This document shows positions 23,331 through 36,520 of a stretch of DNA of 64,000 bases, in pieces. The DNA lies in the NCBI GenBank assembly GCA_028534125.1, contig CM052818.1, positions 26,104,001 to 26,168,000 of the forward strand. Direction: 5' to 3'. A program made the translations under genes and the position numbers. The notes under the pieces were generated by a model that saw nothing but the letters and a program-made list of their open reading frames with translations, did not search any database and had not been told where the DNA came from. Each line of letters begins with the position of its first letter. The first letter of the stretch is position 1. This DNA comes from Lama glama (Eukaryota).

Positions 23331-25042
23331 CTCCTAATGTGAAGGAAATACCAGCACTGAGTCATTGACAATAAATTCATCGCCTAAAAAAAAAGTAAAA
23401 ACCCCAAGCTGGCTGCAACTTATTAAATTGATTTTATGGTCACTAATGGATCACAACCCACAGTCTGAAATAAAATAATCTCAGCACACTCAGTGGCGGA
23501 TGTTGTAGGCAAGCTCTTAATCAGTCTCGGCTTCTGGTTTTGTCAGAAGACATCCATATGGTCCAGACCTTTTCCTGCTTTCGACTCTCAAGCTCATTTT
23601 CGATCTTGTTGCCCTGGGAGCACTAAAACAATCTCTGAAGAATACCAGAGAGCAGGCTCTCTACGGATGTAAGTATGTTGGCACTAACAGACTTGACAAT
23701 GATGCTTTGAAATGCCCACATTAAAATGGCCTGCTGACTCTGACTTTTGGCACACCGAAGGACTCCCGTTGATTCTTTGAAGCACTTAACGGATCTTCTT
23801 TGGAGCTATTCCACAGACTCTACCTCTGGCTCTTGAATGAAATTTTCATTATAGCTGATTGAAAAGGATTTCCACACTCATGTCAGTGGGCTTGCTGAGA
23901 AGAGCGAGCAGCCTCAGGGTCCCGTCTCCAGGATCTCACACCCCTGACCCTGGGGTTGTACTGCATGTTCAGCAATGCTTCCCTTGCTGGGCCTTGCTTT
24001 ACTGTCTACCCCACAGCTCTAGCTCTTGTCTTGGCCTGGGGACCCCAGGGCCCAGGTCATGCCCAACTTTGAGAGCTCCATACAGTTCCCTCCAGGCACC
24101 TGGAGAAAGCTGCCAGGATTCCCTTGGCTCTGGTGGGCTCCACGCCGCCCTGTCCAACGCCTCCTCTGCTTCACTCCCCCGTGCACACTTCACTGCTGCT
24201 CCCTTCAGTCGTCAGCTCCGTCTCCTGCTGCCCTTCCCAGCCATCACCATTTTAATGGAAGCCTTCGCCTCCGTTGTTCCTGCAGCCCCCAAGAAGATCC
24301 AGTTGGCATTCTGCTTGCCTCGTGCTTGGCATTGACATTGAGGGAGAAACACAGGCTGGACAAAAAGGTGGGAGAACGAGGCTGAATGTTCACTGTTGTG
24401 CTTTCCAACATGGTTTCCAGAAACGGACTGCACTAAAAAGTAGTGAGCCTGCCTGCCTGCCACTTAGGTTTAATTTCTAACTTCAAGAGATGGGTCTGGA
24501 AACATCTGTGGAGGTTTGGTTAATGAAACCAACAACAACCCAAAACTCCTTCCTCCTGGCCCCACCAGCCCCATTTTCTTTGTGACAATGTGTCAGGGAT
24601 TTCAGCTCATAGTATAGACCTGCCATTTGTTTGGCTCTGCAGAATTTAGTAACTTTTTCTGCCCAAACTCTCCTCACCATCCTGTAGTTTGAACTCAGGT
24701 TTCATCTTCTTAATGAAGCCTGTCTTGGCCTCTCTGTTTAATACTCAGCCTGCCCCCTTCCCCTGACACTGTCGACTCCCTTACCATGCTCTACTTTCTT
24801 TGTTTTCCTTTTCCATGGTTTATTGTCTCTCTTCATCAGACCCCATTCCCAGAGTGTAAATGCCTCAAAACTGGGCATCTTTGTGTTGCTTAAAAAGTAG
24901 GCTATCCAAGCATCCTGCTGCATTTTGTACACAATATCCAACAACTGGTTTGCATTATATTTTTAAATTCAGATGGTGTGATAACTGCCCAAATAAACAA
25001 TCCATTCACAAAAAGAGATTAGCAACTTATTGTCCTCTAGAC

Positions 25043-25250
25043 CTGGGTTGTCCAAGTAGGTAGCCAATAGTCATGTGTGGCAATTTAAATTTAAATTAAT
25101 TAAGACTCAATAAAATGAAAAGTTCAGTTTCTCACTTGCATCAGCCATATTTCTGGAGCTTGGTAGCCCCATGTGGCCAGCGGTACTTCTGTGGACAGCA
25201 CAGATGAAAAACATTCCCATCACAGCAGGAAGTTCTATGGGACAGCCCAG
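25043..25250 (+). mobile_element. MER3-like hAT-Charlie MITE
   Basis: TIRs CTGGGTTGTCC and GGACAGCCCAG, decayed 8-bp TSD CTCTAGAC/CTATAGAT, and internal 'atgtgtggcaatttaaatttaaattaatt'. Confidence 0.8.
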
Positions 25251-26290
25251 CTATAGATGAATCAAGTAGTCAACTTACTGGCTTTGTACTTTTACTCAAT
25301 TCATAACTATATATTTAGTATCTACATTGAGTAAGAGATGATAAGAAATATGAACTGTGCAGGGAAGATTCAGACACCTTGCTTCCTTCAGCAAGTGGGC
25401 CTGAAGATAAATATAATCTAAAAATTCGTATCAAGAACCTTGAGGCAGACAGATAAGTGCTGCAGAAATTCAGAGGAAGGAGAGATTGGCATTTTCCAGT
25501 TCAGGATAGAAAATCAAGGAAAATTTCACACAGGAGGTAGGTCAGAGGCAGAAAAGTGCATGTTCCCTTAGGTCTGAAGCACAGCACGCTCCACAACGCA
25601 AGCTAACTAAAGGAGAGATGCTCTACCAAGTCATATTCTGGTGGCGAAGTTATCTCTGAACAAGATTCATGACTATGGTTCCAGGACTTTGGAGCTCTGC
25701 TTTTACTTCCTCCTCACCCCTACCTTGGGACAAGTAGTCCCACACCTGCAGAAACAAAGACTTTTGGTCCTGATGCCCACTGCTTGCACACAGTAGAGAA
25801 AAGTCGGTGGGGAGTAACAAAACTTGGATGTTGCTTCTCTAATCCTTCCCTTCTCTCTGGGGATTGCAGTCCCAGGAGGACCTTCTAATGGTGCTTCTCC
25901 TTGCAGGACAAAATTTGATGTCTTCACCTCAAGAGCTATATTCGGGGATGATGAATGATTGAATGGGATTCTTCAGATACCTGAGAGTCTCCACTTGGGC
26001 TCACTTACCTCTTCCTCTGAGCCCAATGGGGCTGACTCACATTAACCTGACCTTCACCCAGAGCTGGAGAACCCAAGAATCCCAGTGGAAAAAGACTCAG
26101 GTTGAAGGAACAAGGCATATGAGGGCACAATTATTTCCATAGGAAGACATTAAATTTTGAAGAGCTAGTGTGGTTCTCTAGTGCCACTAATATGAGATAA
26201 ATATCTCCTGAGGGTTTACTGTTCAAATATGTTTGGTGGGCTCCACTGGCCACTGGCCATCTTAGTAGATAAGTCTTCCAGGGTTTATAT

Positions 26291-26431
26291 CAGAGGTCCA
26301 CAAACTATAGCACCTGGGCCACATCCAGCCCACTGCCTGTTTTTGTGCAGCTACGTGAGCTATGAATGGTTTCTATGTTTTCAAATGGTTGGCAAAAATC
26401 CAAAGAAGAAGGATATTTTGTGACACATGAA
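26291..26431 (+). mobile_element. MER58B-like hAT MITE, 5' half
   Basis: 'cagaggtccacaaactatagc..ggccacatccagcccactgcctgtttttgt..gagctatgaatggttt..atattttgtgacacatga'. Confidence 0.7.
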
Positions 26432-26790
26432 CATTTTACAAAAATGTTCAGACATAACATATGCCGAGCACAACATCTGCGGATTTGGCAATCATGGAGT
26501 TAGCGACGGAGGGTCCGTTCCACACAGTGGTTTTACGGAGACACAAATTTGAATGCCGTGGACAACAAAGCCAGAGTATGGGAGTGAATCCAAAGTAATG
26601 TTAACATTTTCTACTTGACTTCAGAGACCTTGTAATTCTTGAAGACTTATTTAAAAAAAAATCTGTAGAAAACAGCTCCAGAAAAAACAGCAACTGGGGG
26701 CTACAGCAGTAAAAAGAAACAGAAGTAGTTTGATGAAGAAGGATCCATAGGCAGGTTGGTAAATGCCTGTGGGGAATCATTAAGATTGTG

Positions 26791-27140
26791 GGGGGTGGAG
26801 CCAAGATGGCGGAGGAGAGAGACTCACAGCTCGCCCTCTCCCACAAGTACACCAAGAATCACATCTACAAACCCCCTGAATCGCACAGAACACCTACTGA
26901 ACTCTGGCAGGGTGGCTCTCATTTCGAAATACAGGAGGATTCTCACAAAATCTGATAAAGACAAGTTTATACTGTATAGCACAGGGAAGCATATTCAATA
27001 TTTTGTAGTAACCCTCGGTGAAGAAGAATATGAGGAGGAATGTATGTATGTTCCTGTATGACTGAAGTATTGTGCTGTACACCAGGAGTTGACACAGCAT
27101 TGTACACTGACTGTACTTCAGTAAAAATATATTTAAAACC
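26791..27140 (+). mobile_element. Short bipartite L1 derivative: L1 5' UTR start fused to L1 3' UTR end
   Basis: Begins GGGGGTGGAGCCAAGATGGCGG (L1 start with YY1 site). Switches near 26954 to 'ataaagacaag..ctgtatagcacaggg..gctgtacacc..tacttcagtaaaa' (L1 terminus). Flanked by AAGATTGTG/AAGAATATG. Confidence 0.8.
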
Positions 27141-28599
27141 AAGAATATGAAGGTTACTTAAAATTTCCAGTTCCACTTGACTGCATTTTAAAGAGGGAAC
27201 TCCAAGTTCCGACACTGACGCCTCCAGACATAGCCCTGCTGTATGTGAAGGGTCGGCTATGTCGTCAGCACAGCCCTTGCAGTTTGGATTTCAGCTATGA
27301 ATTTGCAGTGCCCTGAAGAAAGGATTGGCAAGTCAAAGATAAGCATCAAACCAGACTCAGTCCAACTGCATAAATTCTGGGTTAATGAAGCCTGAGCTAA
27401 TGAGGTTTCATGCCCTCCAGGAAGTCTTAATCCTTGTCACTGGTGTTGGTGATGTCTTTCCTGAAGAGGCTCGTTCCCCGGGCAGAGACAGCCTCTCGAG
27501 GCCACGTTACAACGTGTTCTCCCCTCTCCCCATCTCTGATTCTGGCACTTAGAAATGATGTGCCCCTTGTGATACTTTCCAGGTAATTTTTCCAGGTGGC
27601 AGGTTCACTAAAGCAAAGGATTAGCCGTGAGCCTTCTTTGTATGAAGGCTCCGCTCTCTCGTTTCCTCCTGATTCTTAGGCATCGACTACTGGGGGTGGC
27701 CCAACTTGAGTTCCAAAGTTCAGTGACTCTCCCTCATGGCTGGGAAGTGAGACAGATTAAAAATTACTATTCAATTTTGAATTATAATGCTTCTGTTAGA
27801 GTGTTATCAGGAGGACACCTTAAGTAAAAGTCATTGGAATAATCACCCCAAATTAAATAAGAACTCATTTCAATTTCTTAAGCTTATGTCTTTACGTAGT
27901 ATCTTGCCTTCACAGAGTGCTCCCAACTTTTCAAGTTCTTTTTATACTTATTGCCTGATTTTCTAGTTATATAGATCCTACAGATAATGTAAGTCATCAT
28001 AATCCAATAGAATAACACGTTATTATACCGATTCAATAGATGAAGAGGTTAAAGGAATCACTCAGAGTCACATAGTGAAATGGTTCTTTCTTTCTTTCGA
28101 CATTAAGAAATATACGTGGTGTTCATGCAGAGTCATGTTTTCTCTCAATTCCAAGTTCTTAATGAGGTGACCAGAAGCTCTTTTAGAAACTGAATCCTGG
28201 TGGGATAACCCAGGCCAACTTTTGTGCCCAACTGAAAACCAGATGGCGTCCCAGACAGGCGGGGCACAGGTACTGTGGAATTTTTAAGGCTCCACAAAAA
28301 CATCTGCAATCTGAAAACTGTAAAGGGCTGGTAACATGAGAGGAGAGTCAGAGAAATTGGGGCTACTTGTGGGGATACATGGTAAGAGGTATACAGAAAA
28401 GGGAGGGATTTTTTTCAAAGCAGGAAATCCTTAAGCCTGTGTGAGTGCTGGACATAGTGGTCCAGCCAGGAGAGAGGAAAAGATGAGGCAGGACAGAAAG
28501 GAGCTGGTTGGACGATGCTCTCCTGAGAAAGCACCAGGGGTGGGATGCAGGGCACATGAGGACACTGCACTGAGAACACAGAGATCATGTCATGTGAGT

Positions 28600-28850
28600 T
28601 TAAGAGATTTCTTCACATCTTGGCTTCATATCTTGTTTCTGCTAGTGTGTAGAGATGTGTGGAATTTATGCAAATTACCCTTTTTGGGTAGCCATTCCTC
28701 ATGTGTAAAATGGCAGGACTAAGCTCTCAAATTCAATGACTGTTGTGAATGTTCAAGTAAAGAATGCACGCTACGAGCTTAGCATGGTCCTCAGAGTAAA
28801 GTAAGCATGCTGCCAACGTAAGCTACAATCAGAATAATAGTTATTATTAC
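28600..28850 (+). mobile_element. MIR remnant
   Basis: 'ttcctcatgtgtaaaatgg..gttgtgaatgttcaagtaaagaatgcacg..gcttagcatggtcc'. Confidence 0.5.
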
Positions 28851-29599
28851 CGCTAGTATTAGGCACAGAGGCTGAGGTCGCAAAATGACAAAATGTATCA
28901 ATCAGGGTGTCTGCCCTAGTAATACAAAGCAGAGTCAAATCCTTGTTTCTACAGCCTTCACATTTTGCTCTCAGCAGGGGTGTAGAGGCCAGGGAGAACA
29001 TTGACGGGTCACTCCCAAGTATGCGGGATGGAGCCCCTCCATGCCTATTTGTTATTCTTCTTTCCCGCTTCCCAGCAGCACAGCCGGTCCACCATCAGGG
29101 CTGTGTGGCTCTTGCCAGGCCTCTGGCCTATGGCCCTAACTTTCCAGTTACTCACGATCATCAGCTGGATTTTGTTTACTTTATACCCCTATCACCTCAC
29201 ACCATGCCTGAGAGTAAGCAAGTACTCACTACCTGGTTGTTGAATAATCAGAGCGAGTTAATTAATCTATGAAGGCCATATATTAAATTGTTGAGCTGCA
29301 AATTGATCTCAGGTCTGCCAACTCATAGCTTTGTACTTCTCCCTGAATCTCAAGTTGCAATGGGTTTGGTGCTAATAAAGCCCCCTTCCCCCACCGCCTA
29401 TGTGGGTTGGCCCAAGTGTAGTCTGGATGTTTCTATTGCTGCTTTTGTAGCAGCTTCTACTTAAAAGAATTTCTAGCTCCCCGGGGGTTTTTCATGTGTT
29501 AGAGCTGCTTTTCCATATGTGTTCACTCCAAGTTTGAGTCATCAGCTTTCTTTTTGGAGCTCCATTCTGGGCTTTTACAAATTAGCTCTAGGGACTTCT

Positions 29600-31200
29600 C
29601 AGTCATTCATTCCTTTTTAGTGCTGAATAGTGTCCCACCGTATGGGTAGAACACATTTTGTTTCTTCATTTATCAGTTAAAGGACCCCTGGATTGTTTCC
29701 ACTGATGGCCTATTATAGATACTGCTGTAGTAAACATTCACATAGAAGTCTTCGTGGGACATAGTTCTATACACCTGTTTTTACCTAGGTATTTATAGAT
29801 ATCTGTCTTTTCCAGAGCATGTTGTTTTTTCATGTTGATTTAAGTTACCATCTGCTGTCGTATCATTTTAGTCTGAAGGACTTTTAAGATTTCTTGCAAG
29901 AAAGCTCAGCTAGCCATGAATTCTCTTTGTTTGCCTGGGAGTGTATTTCACCTTCATTTTTGAAGGATAGTTTTGTTGAATATAGAATTCTTGGTTGGCA
30001 GTTTTTCCATCTAGGACTTTGGCTATGACATCCCACTTCCTTCTGGTCTGCCTTTTTTCCCCATGAGGAGCCTGCTATTCATCATGGTTTCTTGTCATGT
30101 AGTGAGTCTTTTTTGTCTTGCTGCTTTCAAGATTTTTCTCTTCATTTTTGGTTTTTAGCAGTTTGACTATCATGTGCTTAAGAGTAGATTTCTTTGCTTT
30201 TTTACCTTGAGTTTCTTAGATGTATGAATTAATGTTTTTCAACAAATTGCAGATCTTTCTCACCATTATCTCTTTAAATACTTTTTCTGCCCCTTTCTCT
30301 GTTGCTGATATTTCTGCTTAATTAAAAAAGATTATTCTTATTCTTATTTTTATTCTTAAGCTTGGTTTCCTTGGGGTTTTCCCTGTGACAGCATGGTGGT
30401 CCAGTAACTGTAGGTTAGATGCTGTGGTCAAATACTTTGAGTCAGAGAATCTTATATCCTTTGTCAAGGAATCTTTGTGTGGGTCGGAAAATGCATTCAA
30501 AGTTTCTACAGTTTACAAGTCGACTCCAGATTTTTGCCTTCTTTCAAATTCTTTTGTGACTTGCATGTGCAAGGACTCATGTTCAGCCAGGGGTGTGTGA
30601 CTAGCTGGAGGGGGGCCTTCTCTGGTCATTCCTGAGTGAGTATGTAGTCACGGCCAGGTGTCCAGCCTTTCAGACTCCCAGGGATACGTGGGAACTCACT
30701 GCATCTACCTCATTCCCTGGATTATCCTGTTAAATTTCTGGCTAGTCTTTCTCTCTGTTGCTTGCTTCAACCACGGTCACAACTTAAGGTGAGCTGTTAT
30801 GCTGGCCTTCCCTGTTAATTTCTCAGATTACTACTGTTTATGGTCACATCCCTTGGCTTGAGTTCTTCCATGCATTGTTCCAAATCAAGTCAGCAGCCCT
30901 GGCGGAGAAGCTACAAGATTTCATTGTTTGCCCCACCCTGGTAGAACTACCACACACATTGAGTTACAGTGGGATGGGCAGGAATGAGGGCAACTCCAGG
31001 CAAAAATGTTACAGATTCCCATTGCTCTTAGCTACATTTCAGTCATTTTTCTTCATTTCATGCTTCTTAAATTTGTTACATGCCTTTGATCAATTTCCAG
31101 AGTCCTGAAATAGTCATTTTTGCAATATTGTCTAGTTTTATCATAATTTTGGAGGGAGATAGTTTTCAAGCTCCTCACTCTACCATTACAGAAATCCTGC
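29600..31200 (-). mobile_element. Old L1 fragments (antisense), several pieces
   Basis: 'tttttagtgctgaatagtgtcccaccgtatgg' and 'tatttcaccttcatttttgaaggatagttttgttgaatatagaattcttggttggcag' are typical antisense L1M sequences. Confidence 0.7.
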
Positions 31201-31469
31201 CTCTGAGGAATCTGTTGCTCTCTCCTTTTTAAAGATCAGGCTAGGTGAGGGGCAGACCACCAAGCTCAAGCATACACGCATGGACTTCGTGAGTCTAGTA
31301 AGCCTGGAATTTGAAATGCGTAACATCAGCTAACATTTATGCAGTGCTTCCTACTTGTCAGCCCCGTGCTAAGTGTTTCACAGGCATCATCTCCTCAAAT
31401 TCTCATCAACGTGCAGAACCTGGTTCAGTTCTTGGAGATCCCTTACTAATTTTCTTCCCAAGAGATACA

Positions 31470-33410
31470 ACTAAAAAGAAAAGTGTCCACACATCAGATA
31501 ACTTAGATGAAATGGACTAAATCCTTAAAAGTGAAAACTACCAAAACTCACACAAGGAGAAATAGAAAATCTAAATAAGCCTAAATCTGCAAAAGAAATG
31601 GAATAATTTGTTAATGAGCTTCCCCCAAAAGAAGGCTCAGAGGGTTTCTCTGGTGAATCCTACAAAACATTTAAGGAGGAAATTATACTAATAATCTATA
31701 ATCTCTTTTAGAATATAGAAGGAACACTCCTTGTGTCATTCTATAAGGCCAGCATTAATGACCTTAATATCAAAATCAGGTAAAAGAGCACAAGAAAGGA
31801 AGACTACAGACCAACATGGCTCATGAACACATGTGCAAAAGCCCTTAAAATATTAACAAATCAAACCTAACAACGTATAAAAAGAATTACATACCACTAC
31901 CCAGTGGGATTTATTCCAGTTATGCAAGGCTAGTCTCACATCTAAAAGGCAATGAATATAATCCACCACAAACAGGCTGAAGAAGAAAAATCATACAATC
32001 ATATCAAATGATGCAGAAAAGTCATTTGGCAAAATCCCAAACACATTCATGATGTAAAAAACACTCAGAAAAGTAGACACGTAGGGGAATTTTCTCAACC
32101 TGTCAAGGATCTACATTTAACATCACAGATAATGGTAAGAAACTGGACACTTTCTTCGAAAAATCAGGAACAAGACATGAGGGTTTCTTTTCACTACTAT
32201 TCAACATTGTACCGGAAGTCCTCTCAGTATAGTAAGATTTTTAAAAGGGGAAGTGAAAAGTATATAGATTATGAAGAAGGAAAGAAAATTGTCTTTGTTT
32301 GCAGATGACATGATAGTCTATGTAGTAAAGCGCAAAGTATTGACAAAAAACTCCTGAAACTGGTAAACGGTTATAGCATTTGCAGGATAAAAGATTAATA
32401 TACAAAAGTCAGTTGCTTCCCTATATATCTGCTATGAACAACTGTAATTTGAAATTAAAACCAGTGCTATTTATAACACTACACAAAGCAAGTCAAAAGC
32501 CAACAAAATATGTACAAAATTTCTATGTGGAAAACTACAAAACCCTAACAAAAGAAATCAAAGATTTAAATAAATAATGAAATACCCACGTTCATGGGTT
32601 GAAAGTCTCAGTAGATTAAAAAAGTCAATTCTTCCCAACTTAATTTATAGATTTAGTGTAGTTCCAATCAAAATCAAGCTATTTTTATACATCGACAAAC
32701 TGATTCTAAAGTTTATAGGAGAAGGCAAAAGACCCAGAATGGCGAATACAATACTATGAAAAAAATGGAGGACTAACACTACTTGACTTCAGGACTAACT
32801 ATAAAATCATTAAGACAGCATGGCATTGACACAAGGATAGATGTATGGATGAATGGAACAGAAGAGAGCTCCCAGAAACAGAGCCACACAAAATACAGTC
32901 AATTAATATTTGACAATAGAGCAAAGGCAATTCAATGGAGAAAGAATAGTCTTTTCAAGAAATAATGCTGAAACAATTGGACATCCACGTGCCCAAAAGA
33001 AGGGAGGAATCTAGACATGGATTTTATACCTCTCATGAAAATTAACTCAACATGCATCATTAAACATTACATGCAAAACTATAAAACTTCTAGAAGAAAA
33101 CAGGAGAAAACCAAGATGACTTTGGGTTTGTGATAAGTTTTTAGATATGACAACAAAAGCACAATCCATGAAAAAAAATGCGTAAGTTGGACTTCACTAA
33201 AATTAAAAGGCTCTGTTCTGCAAAAGCCCATGTAAGGAAACTGAAGAAATAAGCCACAGACTGAGAGGAAATATTTGCAAAATACACTTCTAATAAAGGA
33301 CTTGTATCCAAATTAAACAAAGCACTTTTAAAGGTCAGCAATAAGAAGACAGACAACCCAATTTTAAAAATGGGCAAAAGATGGGAACAGACACTTCACC
33401 AAAGGATATC
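31470..33410 (+). mobile_element. L1 ORF2 (reverse transcriptase region) degenerate fragment
   Basis: Decayed ORF2 motifs: 'gataacttagatgaaatggac', 'gatgcagaaaagtcattt', 'tttgcagatgacatgatagtctat' (FADDMIVY), ILPNLIYRF, KYSQLIFD. Many stops and frameshifts. Confidence 0.92.
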
Positions 33411-34459
33411 TACAGACTTCAGCTGGTTTGTTCATAAGCAAATTGAGAATAATTATACCTCCCTCACAACAGTGAAGCATAAGCTCACACAGGCCTAGTG
33501 AGTTCCAATGACCGGTTCAAGGTCACATGGATGGTTATTAATGAATGGGCCAGGACTCAAGCCCAGGCCTAGATTATAGATGTTCAAAAATGATGACTAT
33601 TAATTATAGCTATGATTCTCTCTCTCCCTCCCGCTCACCCACCTGAATCACACACTCACACACACACAAATGCAGAGTCATTCGTAGGTGGTGAAGAAAC
33701 TGGATCCTCAGTCTCTCCACCAGCTTCTCATCTCATCCCTGGGCTTTCGGGATGGCCTGCTCTGTCTTCCCACCCCACACCGCCCTTCCCCCGACTTGAA
33801 ACCGCTCCTTGCTCCTAGTCCACTGGGTGCAGGAGGGCAAGGGTCTTTCTCCCACCTGGAACATAATTCTGCAGTGAAGAGAGGGGAGCCAGGGCCTGCT
33901 GTGGAGGATGGCAGGACGGTCCAGCAGAGAGAGATGGCGGTGCTAAGAGACGGAGGAGGGCAGCTAAGGATTGCAGTGTGTCTGGTCAGATGCCGTGCTG
34001 GGCACCTTCATGTCCCTTGTCTTATTTAATCTTCACAGTAAGACCTGATCTTTGGTGTCCTGGGGCAGATGGTGACACTGGAGGTGTTAGGGCCATAGGA
34101 GAACAGGACCAGCCCAGAATCCTTTCTTGCTGTCCTTCCAGATCCCTCAGGGACCCACAGTTCAGCCTCAGAGACTGGGTGATTTTCTGGCAAAGGAGGA
34201 AGAGGGGCCTTCTCTTATCTGTCCTCAAACCTGATTCCTCTCTGAGTGGACCCAGGGACTTCTAGTTAATCGGAGTGAATGGGAGGGTGACTGTTTCCAT
34301 CAAAACAGAAACGATATATTAGAGGAGCCAGGCATGTAGATAGGAGAGACTGTACCTCTTAGTAAAGGAATCAGGGCTTCCAGTGAAGAAGTGAGGAAAT
34401 ACAGGGCCTGGGGTGCTCAAGAAAAACTTGGAAGACTCCATCCATGGCCAGTCTATGGA

Positions 34460-34660
34460 CTGTGGAACCAGAGAGGTCTGAGTTAGAATCACATTTCTGT
34501 GATTCTCTAGCTGTGTGACCTTAGGCCAGGCAATTAGCCTCTCTGGGCAATAGTTTTCTCATTTGTAAAATGAGGACAATCCTGAATGACTAAAATCCTA
34601 AAAGGCAACTCTAAAGTGAAGATTGTCCTTCGCAGGGTTAAAATTATATGTATGAAGTAT
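34460..34660 (+). mobile_element. MIR remnant
   Basis: 'ctagctgtgtgaccttaggccagg..tagcctctctgggcaatagttttctcatttgtaaaatgagg'. Confidence 0.7.
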
Positions 34661-36339
34661 TGAATGTCATCTGGTTTTTAACCATTGTAACCATTGAGGC
34701 AGAACCTCACAGGGCAGGGCTGCTGTGGGAGATGTCAAGAAATGTCCTCAGAATCAGACTCCAGAATCAGATCAGGTGAGATCAAGGTGTCTCTGCCCCT
34801 ACATGTCCATGGTATAGCTGGTGGTCCCAACCCTGTGAGCTTATGAGAAGCACCCAGTGTGATCAACCCACCTTTCGTTCTGACTCCAGAAGACTTTTGC
34901 TGGACACCGGCTGTTTGGCAGGTTTTCTAGATGCTGTGGATTCAAAGATGTGTGGCTTCTATCTGGCTCTACCACAGCTCAGGAAGATGAAAGGAGGACA
35001 CAGACCCCACCCCCAGATGCTGAGGCTCTTACACTAAAGGAGCAGATGGCCCTGCGGGGTGGGGGGCTGCTGGCACTAACCAGCCCTGAACCAGGCAGGA
35101 GACAGAATTTCCCAGAAGACAGTGTACACAACATGGGTATCAGTTTTCTCCTTGGCTCTTTCTGCCACGTACTGAGACCACTGAGCTGGTAACACAGAAC
35201 TCAGCTTGATTATTGGGAGACACTGAAAACACCCCAAGGGAAGGAAGGGCAAAGAGCCTTATGCAAAAAAAGACTGAATTAGCGGCCGAAGATGCTCCTT
35301 GTGCTGCCGGAGGGTGCTGAGGCTCAGGCGAGGTCCTCCCTTGGCTGGTCCCCAAAATCCTGCCCTGGGTTTGGGAGGTCCCTGCTAAAACGGAGCCAGT
35401 ATGTGCCTTTTTAGGTTCAACCGGGGGAAGACAGGGAAGAAAGGATGAGAGAGAGCAGTGATGGGAAGAGGGAAGGAGGGCAGGGAGAGTCCTAGACAAT
35501 CAGGCTTGCAAGTAAAGTCAATAACTACCAAGTTTCAGAGGCTTCTGCAGGCTTAAAAACACCAGAAAATATTGCATTTTTACCTTTTCTTAAAATTCTC
35601 ATTCTCTCATCATCTCCTCCTGAAAGCACTGGATATGACTCAGCTCAGGTGGTCAGTGGCGCTGTCCCCCGTGTGAGTCATTTAACCTCAGGGAATCTGT
35701 GTCTCATCACCTGTAATATGGGTGTGATGACCTTATGGGAGGATTAAAAGAGCCAAGGAGTGTAAAGCATTTCACACAGTATCTTCTATGAGCAGTTTAA
35801 TAAAAATCCCACTGGATAAAATAAAAACGATAAATAAAAAAAAATTAAAAATCCCACGAGAGTAGGATTTCTTCCTTGAGCTTCTGCCAGCCTCCTTAGA
35901 CCCAATAGGAAACCGAAAACAACATCAGATAAAACAAGTGAATTCAGGAAAGTCTCACCAGGGTTTGAAGCTATGCTTTGAGACCCAGTTAAGTGCAGAA
36001 AGCCGGCCTGGGCTCACCACCCAGTGTGTGTGCAGCACAGCGTTGGGGCAACACAGCGTGGGAGGGGATGAAAGAAGCTCCTCTCCCAGGACTTGTGAAA
36101 AGTTCCTTCGATGCCGCCACGCACTTCTGGGATTCTGGGCAGTGAGCTCGTGGCTGGGTCTGTTTCTGCAGATAGTCATTAAACAGCCAGAATCTAGGGG
36201 CATCGTCGGCCAGCTGTCTTACCAAGTTCCTCTGTGAGTGCGGTATCTGTGGCACTGCAGGGATGTGGAGATAAAAAGCAATGCGGAGATGTCTCCGGAA
36301 AATATAAAGAGCCAGGAGCGAAGCTAAGAAATAATCTCC

Positions 36340-36520
36340 ATTTCTACGTGCTTGCTATTTTATGCACAATAATTTAAACTTCCTAACAAATCCTGCTTAG
36401 TAGGAATGTTTGCCACCATTTTACAGATGAGGAAAGTGAGGCTCAGAGAGCTTAAGTCACCTGCTGAAGTTCAAAGAACCAGGTCTGGATTTGAATCCAA
36501 ATCAGAATCCAGGACTTTCT
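36340..36520 (-). mobile_element. MIR remnant
   Basis: 'ccattttacagatgaggaaagtgaggctcagagagcttaagtcacctgc..ggatttgaatcca'. Confidence 0.75.

Noticed and set aside
31470..33410. Active retroelement or reverse-transcriptase-based system
   Set aside because: The RT motifs belong to a truncated and heavily disrupted L1 ORF2.
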